Shown piece after piece: positions 34,736 to 36,786 of a DNA stretch of 36,786 bases. Position 1 is the first letter of the stretch; every line of letters starts with the position of its first letter. Source of the stretch: Alphaproteobacteria bacterium (GTDB taxonomy: Bacteria; Pseudomonadota; Alphaproteobacteria; CAAHEQ01; UBA3637); assembly GCA_045605805.1 (NCBI GenBank), contig JAZUQR010000024.1, forward strand, positions 1 to 36,786, read 5' to 3'. A program made the position numbers and the translations under genes. Below the pieces are notes generated by a model. The model saw nothing but the letters and a program-made list of their open reading frames with translations. It searched no databases and was not told where the DNA came from.

Positions 34736-36561
34736 TTCATTTTTTCGGCAAGTTGCATCCATTCCTTTTCGGCTTCGGCAATTTGCATTTCTGTTTCTTT
34801 CAATTGTTTTTGAATGGTTGCATAATTGCAGTTGGGTTTGAGCAACTCATCCAAATGTTTTTGGCGGATTTTTTCCAATTCGGAAACCTGTTTTTCCAGT
34901 TTTTTTAATTTTTGCTGAACCCCATAGAGAGATTCTTTTTTTTGTTTTGATGGAGGTGTTGGGCTGGGTTTTTGTGGTGGTGTTTGTTCTTTCTGATCAG
35001 TTTCTAACAGTAATTGCTTATAATCATTCAAATCGCCATCGTATTCTTTACAGGTGCTGTCTTTCACAAGCCACAAAGTATCGCAGACGGATTCCAAAAT
35101 ATGAAAGTCGTGTGTGATTAAAATAACAGTACCGTTGAATTCGTTTAAGGCATCGGCAAGGGCTTGGCGGCCTTGTAAATCAAGGTGGTTTGTGGGTTCG
35201 TCTAAAATCAGGATTTGGGGTTTTTCCAAACAGATTTTTGACATCAACAAACGGGCTTTTTCACCCCCAGATAGTGTTTTGATTGGGCTGAGTGCTTGGT
35301 CGGCTGTGATGCCGAAGGCGGCCAAATATGACCGTATTTTTTCTTCTTTTTCTTCGTTCAAGAAGGGCTTAATATAATGGATGGCAGTGCTGTTGGGGGG
35401 TAGTTCTTCTTGTTGATGTTGGTTAAAATAGCCAATGCGCAATTTTTTGGATTGGATAATTTGGCCTTCTTGTGGTTTAAGGGTGCCGACCAACAGCTTT
35501 GCCAGTGTAGATTTTCCATTGCCGTTTTGGCCCAATAACCCAATGCGATCATTATTGCCAATTTGAAGATTGAGGTGTTTCAAAATGGGTTTGTTGGGTT
35601 CATAACCTGTGGCCACATTGTTCAGTTTAATACACGGAGCCGGCATCACATAAACCTGAGGAAAATGAAACTCATCTTGTGCTTCTGTGGGAACGGTTTC
35701 CACTGGTTGATTGTTGAGCTTTTCCAATAGCTTTAGGCGACTTTGCGCTTGTTTGGCTTTGGTGGCCTTATAGCGAAAGCGGTTGATATAGCTGTATAGC
35801 TTTTCTTTTTTTAAGGCCAAGCGTTCCGATTGTCGGGTGCTGTTTTGCTGTTTTTGTTGGAAGGTGGTTTGAAAAGTCGTTAGATTGCCTTTATATAACA
35901 CTAATTTCTTGCCTTCAAAGTGCAAAATATGGGTGCAGAGATTGTTGAGTAAATCTTGGTCGTGGCTGATGATTAAAAGGGTGCCTGTGTATTTTTGAAG
36001 ATATTTTTCAAGCCATAGTACTGCTTCCAAATCAAGGTGGTTTGTGGGTTCGTCTAACATTAAAATGTCTGGGTTTTGGAACAGGGCTGCTGCCAGAGCC
36101 AATCGCATCCGCCACCCCCCCGAAAACAGTTTAACAGGGCGGTTTAAGTCGCTGTCAGAAAAGCCAAGTCCTTTTAAGATGGTTGCTATTCGTGCTTCGG
36201 CTGAATTGGATTGTAATAAAATCAGGTGGTCCATTATTTCGGCCAAATCTTCGTTAGGGGCTTGGGCGGCTTTTTCACGCCAATACATCAGGTCTTTATG
36301 GCGGGACAAGACAAAGTCCAAAATGTTGGTTTCTAAGTCGGGGATTTCTTGTTCGGCACAGGCAATTTTTTTGTGCGAGGGGATGAAAATGCGCCCTGTA
36401 TCTATGTCTGTTTTGTTTTGGATGGCTTTGAACAGTGTAGATTTGCCACAACCGTTTTTGCCAATGATGCCCACTTTTTGCCCATCGGTGAGTTGGCACG
36501 AGCTGTTTTCCAAAAGAACTTTGTTTCCAATGTGAATCCGAATGTTTTCCAAACTAATCAT
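34732..36561 (-). CDS. ABC-F family ATPase
   Basis: Two ABC domains (GKNGCGKS/FSGGW/LDEPTNHLD and GQNGNGKS/LSGGE/LDEPTNHLD), linker, C-terminal coiled coil, no TM segments. Confidence 0.93.
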   Translation of the reverse strand: MISLENIRIHIGNKVLLENSSCQLTDGQKVGIIGKNGCGKSTLFKAIQNKTDIDTGRIFIPSHKKIACAEQEIPDLETNILDFVLSRHKDLMYWREKAAQAPNEDLAEIMDHLILLQSNSAEARIATILKGLGFSDSDLNRPVKLFSGGWRMRLALAAALFQNPDILMLDEPTNHLDLEAVLWLEKYLQKYTGTLLIISHDQDLLNNLCTHILHFEGKKLVLYKGNLTTFQTTFQQKQQNSTRQSERLALKKEKLYSYINRFRYKATKAKQAQSRLKLLEKLNNQPVETVPTEAQDEFHFPQVYVMPAPCIKLNNVATGYEPNKPILKHLNLQIGNNDRIGLLGQNGNGKSTLAKLLVGTLKPQEGQIIQSKKLRIGYFNQHQQEELPPNSTAIHYIKPFLNEEKEEKIRSYLAAFGITADQALSPIKTLSGGEKARLLMSKICLEKPQILILDEPTNHLDLQGRQALADALNEFNGTVILITHDFHILESVCDTLWLVKDSTCKEYDGDLNDYKQLLLETDQKEQTPPQKPSPTPPSKQKKESLYGVQQKLKKLEKQVSELEKIRQKHLDELLKPNCNYATIQKQLKETEMQIAEAEKEWMQLAEKMN

Positions 36562-36655
36562 ACACATGATTATATTATAAAGATGTTGTTTATTCAAGTT
36601 TTTTGTTTATATTATACAATATATAAGGTAAAAAGGATGTATGACGGGAGGCACA

Positions 36656-36786
36656 ATGCTTCAAGTACAGGTTCAAGAAAGAAACACTAACCCATTGAAA
36701 AATAACGAAAAAAATTGTTCAAAAAAAAGGGGGGGGGGTATTGCCAATTCTTCATAACAGGGGGCAACGCCCGCTGTTTGATAAAC
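36656..36786 (+). other. 5' end of a possible phase-variable gene with an A8-G10 tract (36721-36738)
   Basis: GGGAGG RBS then ATG 36656; frame stops at TAA 36755-36757 with G10, but stays open to the window end with G9 or G11. Confidence 0.45.

Noticed and set aside
36637-36690. 17-aa ORF MYDGRHNASSTGSRKKH as a leader peptide
   Set aside because: No attenuator structure or regulatory codon run; the overlapping frame from 36656 has the better RBS.

Overview
Chromosomal window from a low-GC alphaproteobacterium-like genome; the taxon is inferred from the manX-npr, lepB-rnc-era-recO, ialB and aas content. It is mostly housekeeping genes: lysS, tRNA-Arg(CCT), PTS IIA/HPr, murL-murD2, rpmI-rplT, recG, gltX, argS, rpsA, queH, recO, era, rnc, lepB, fadL-aas, sua5, ferredoxin, rlmN and an ABC-F. 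Self-contained accessory cassettes are interspersed. The most striking unexplained element is 17640-18300 (- strand): two tandem, highly structured non-coding RNA candidates. Each has its own sigma70 promoter, 5' hairpin, long bulged closing stem, multibranch core and intrinsic terminator. They lie upstream of a YspA/DUF1273-like SLOG gene, and one is bracketed by a 17-bp direct repeat. Other signals are an orphan VirB8-like protein, ORFans with basic C-terminal ...GR tails, a secreted Cys-rich repeat protein, a shared terminator family after ORFans, a zeta-like kinase/APH pair, an unannotated 39-aa lipoprotein, leaderless genes and a probable phase-variable G10 tract. All calls were made by eye; no searches or folding programs were run.
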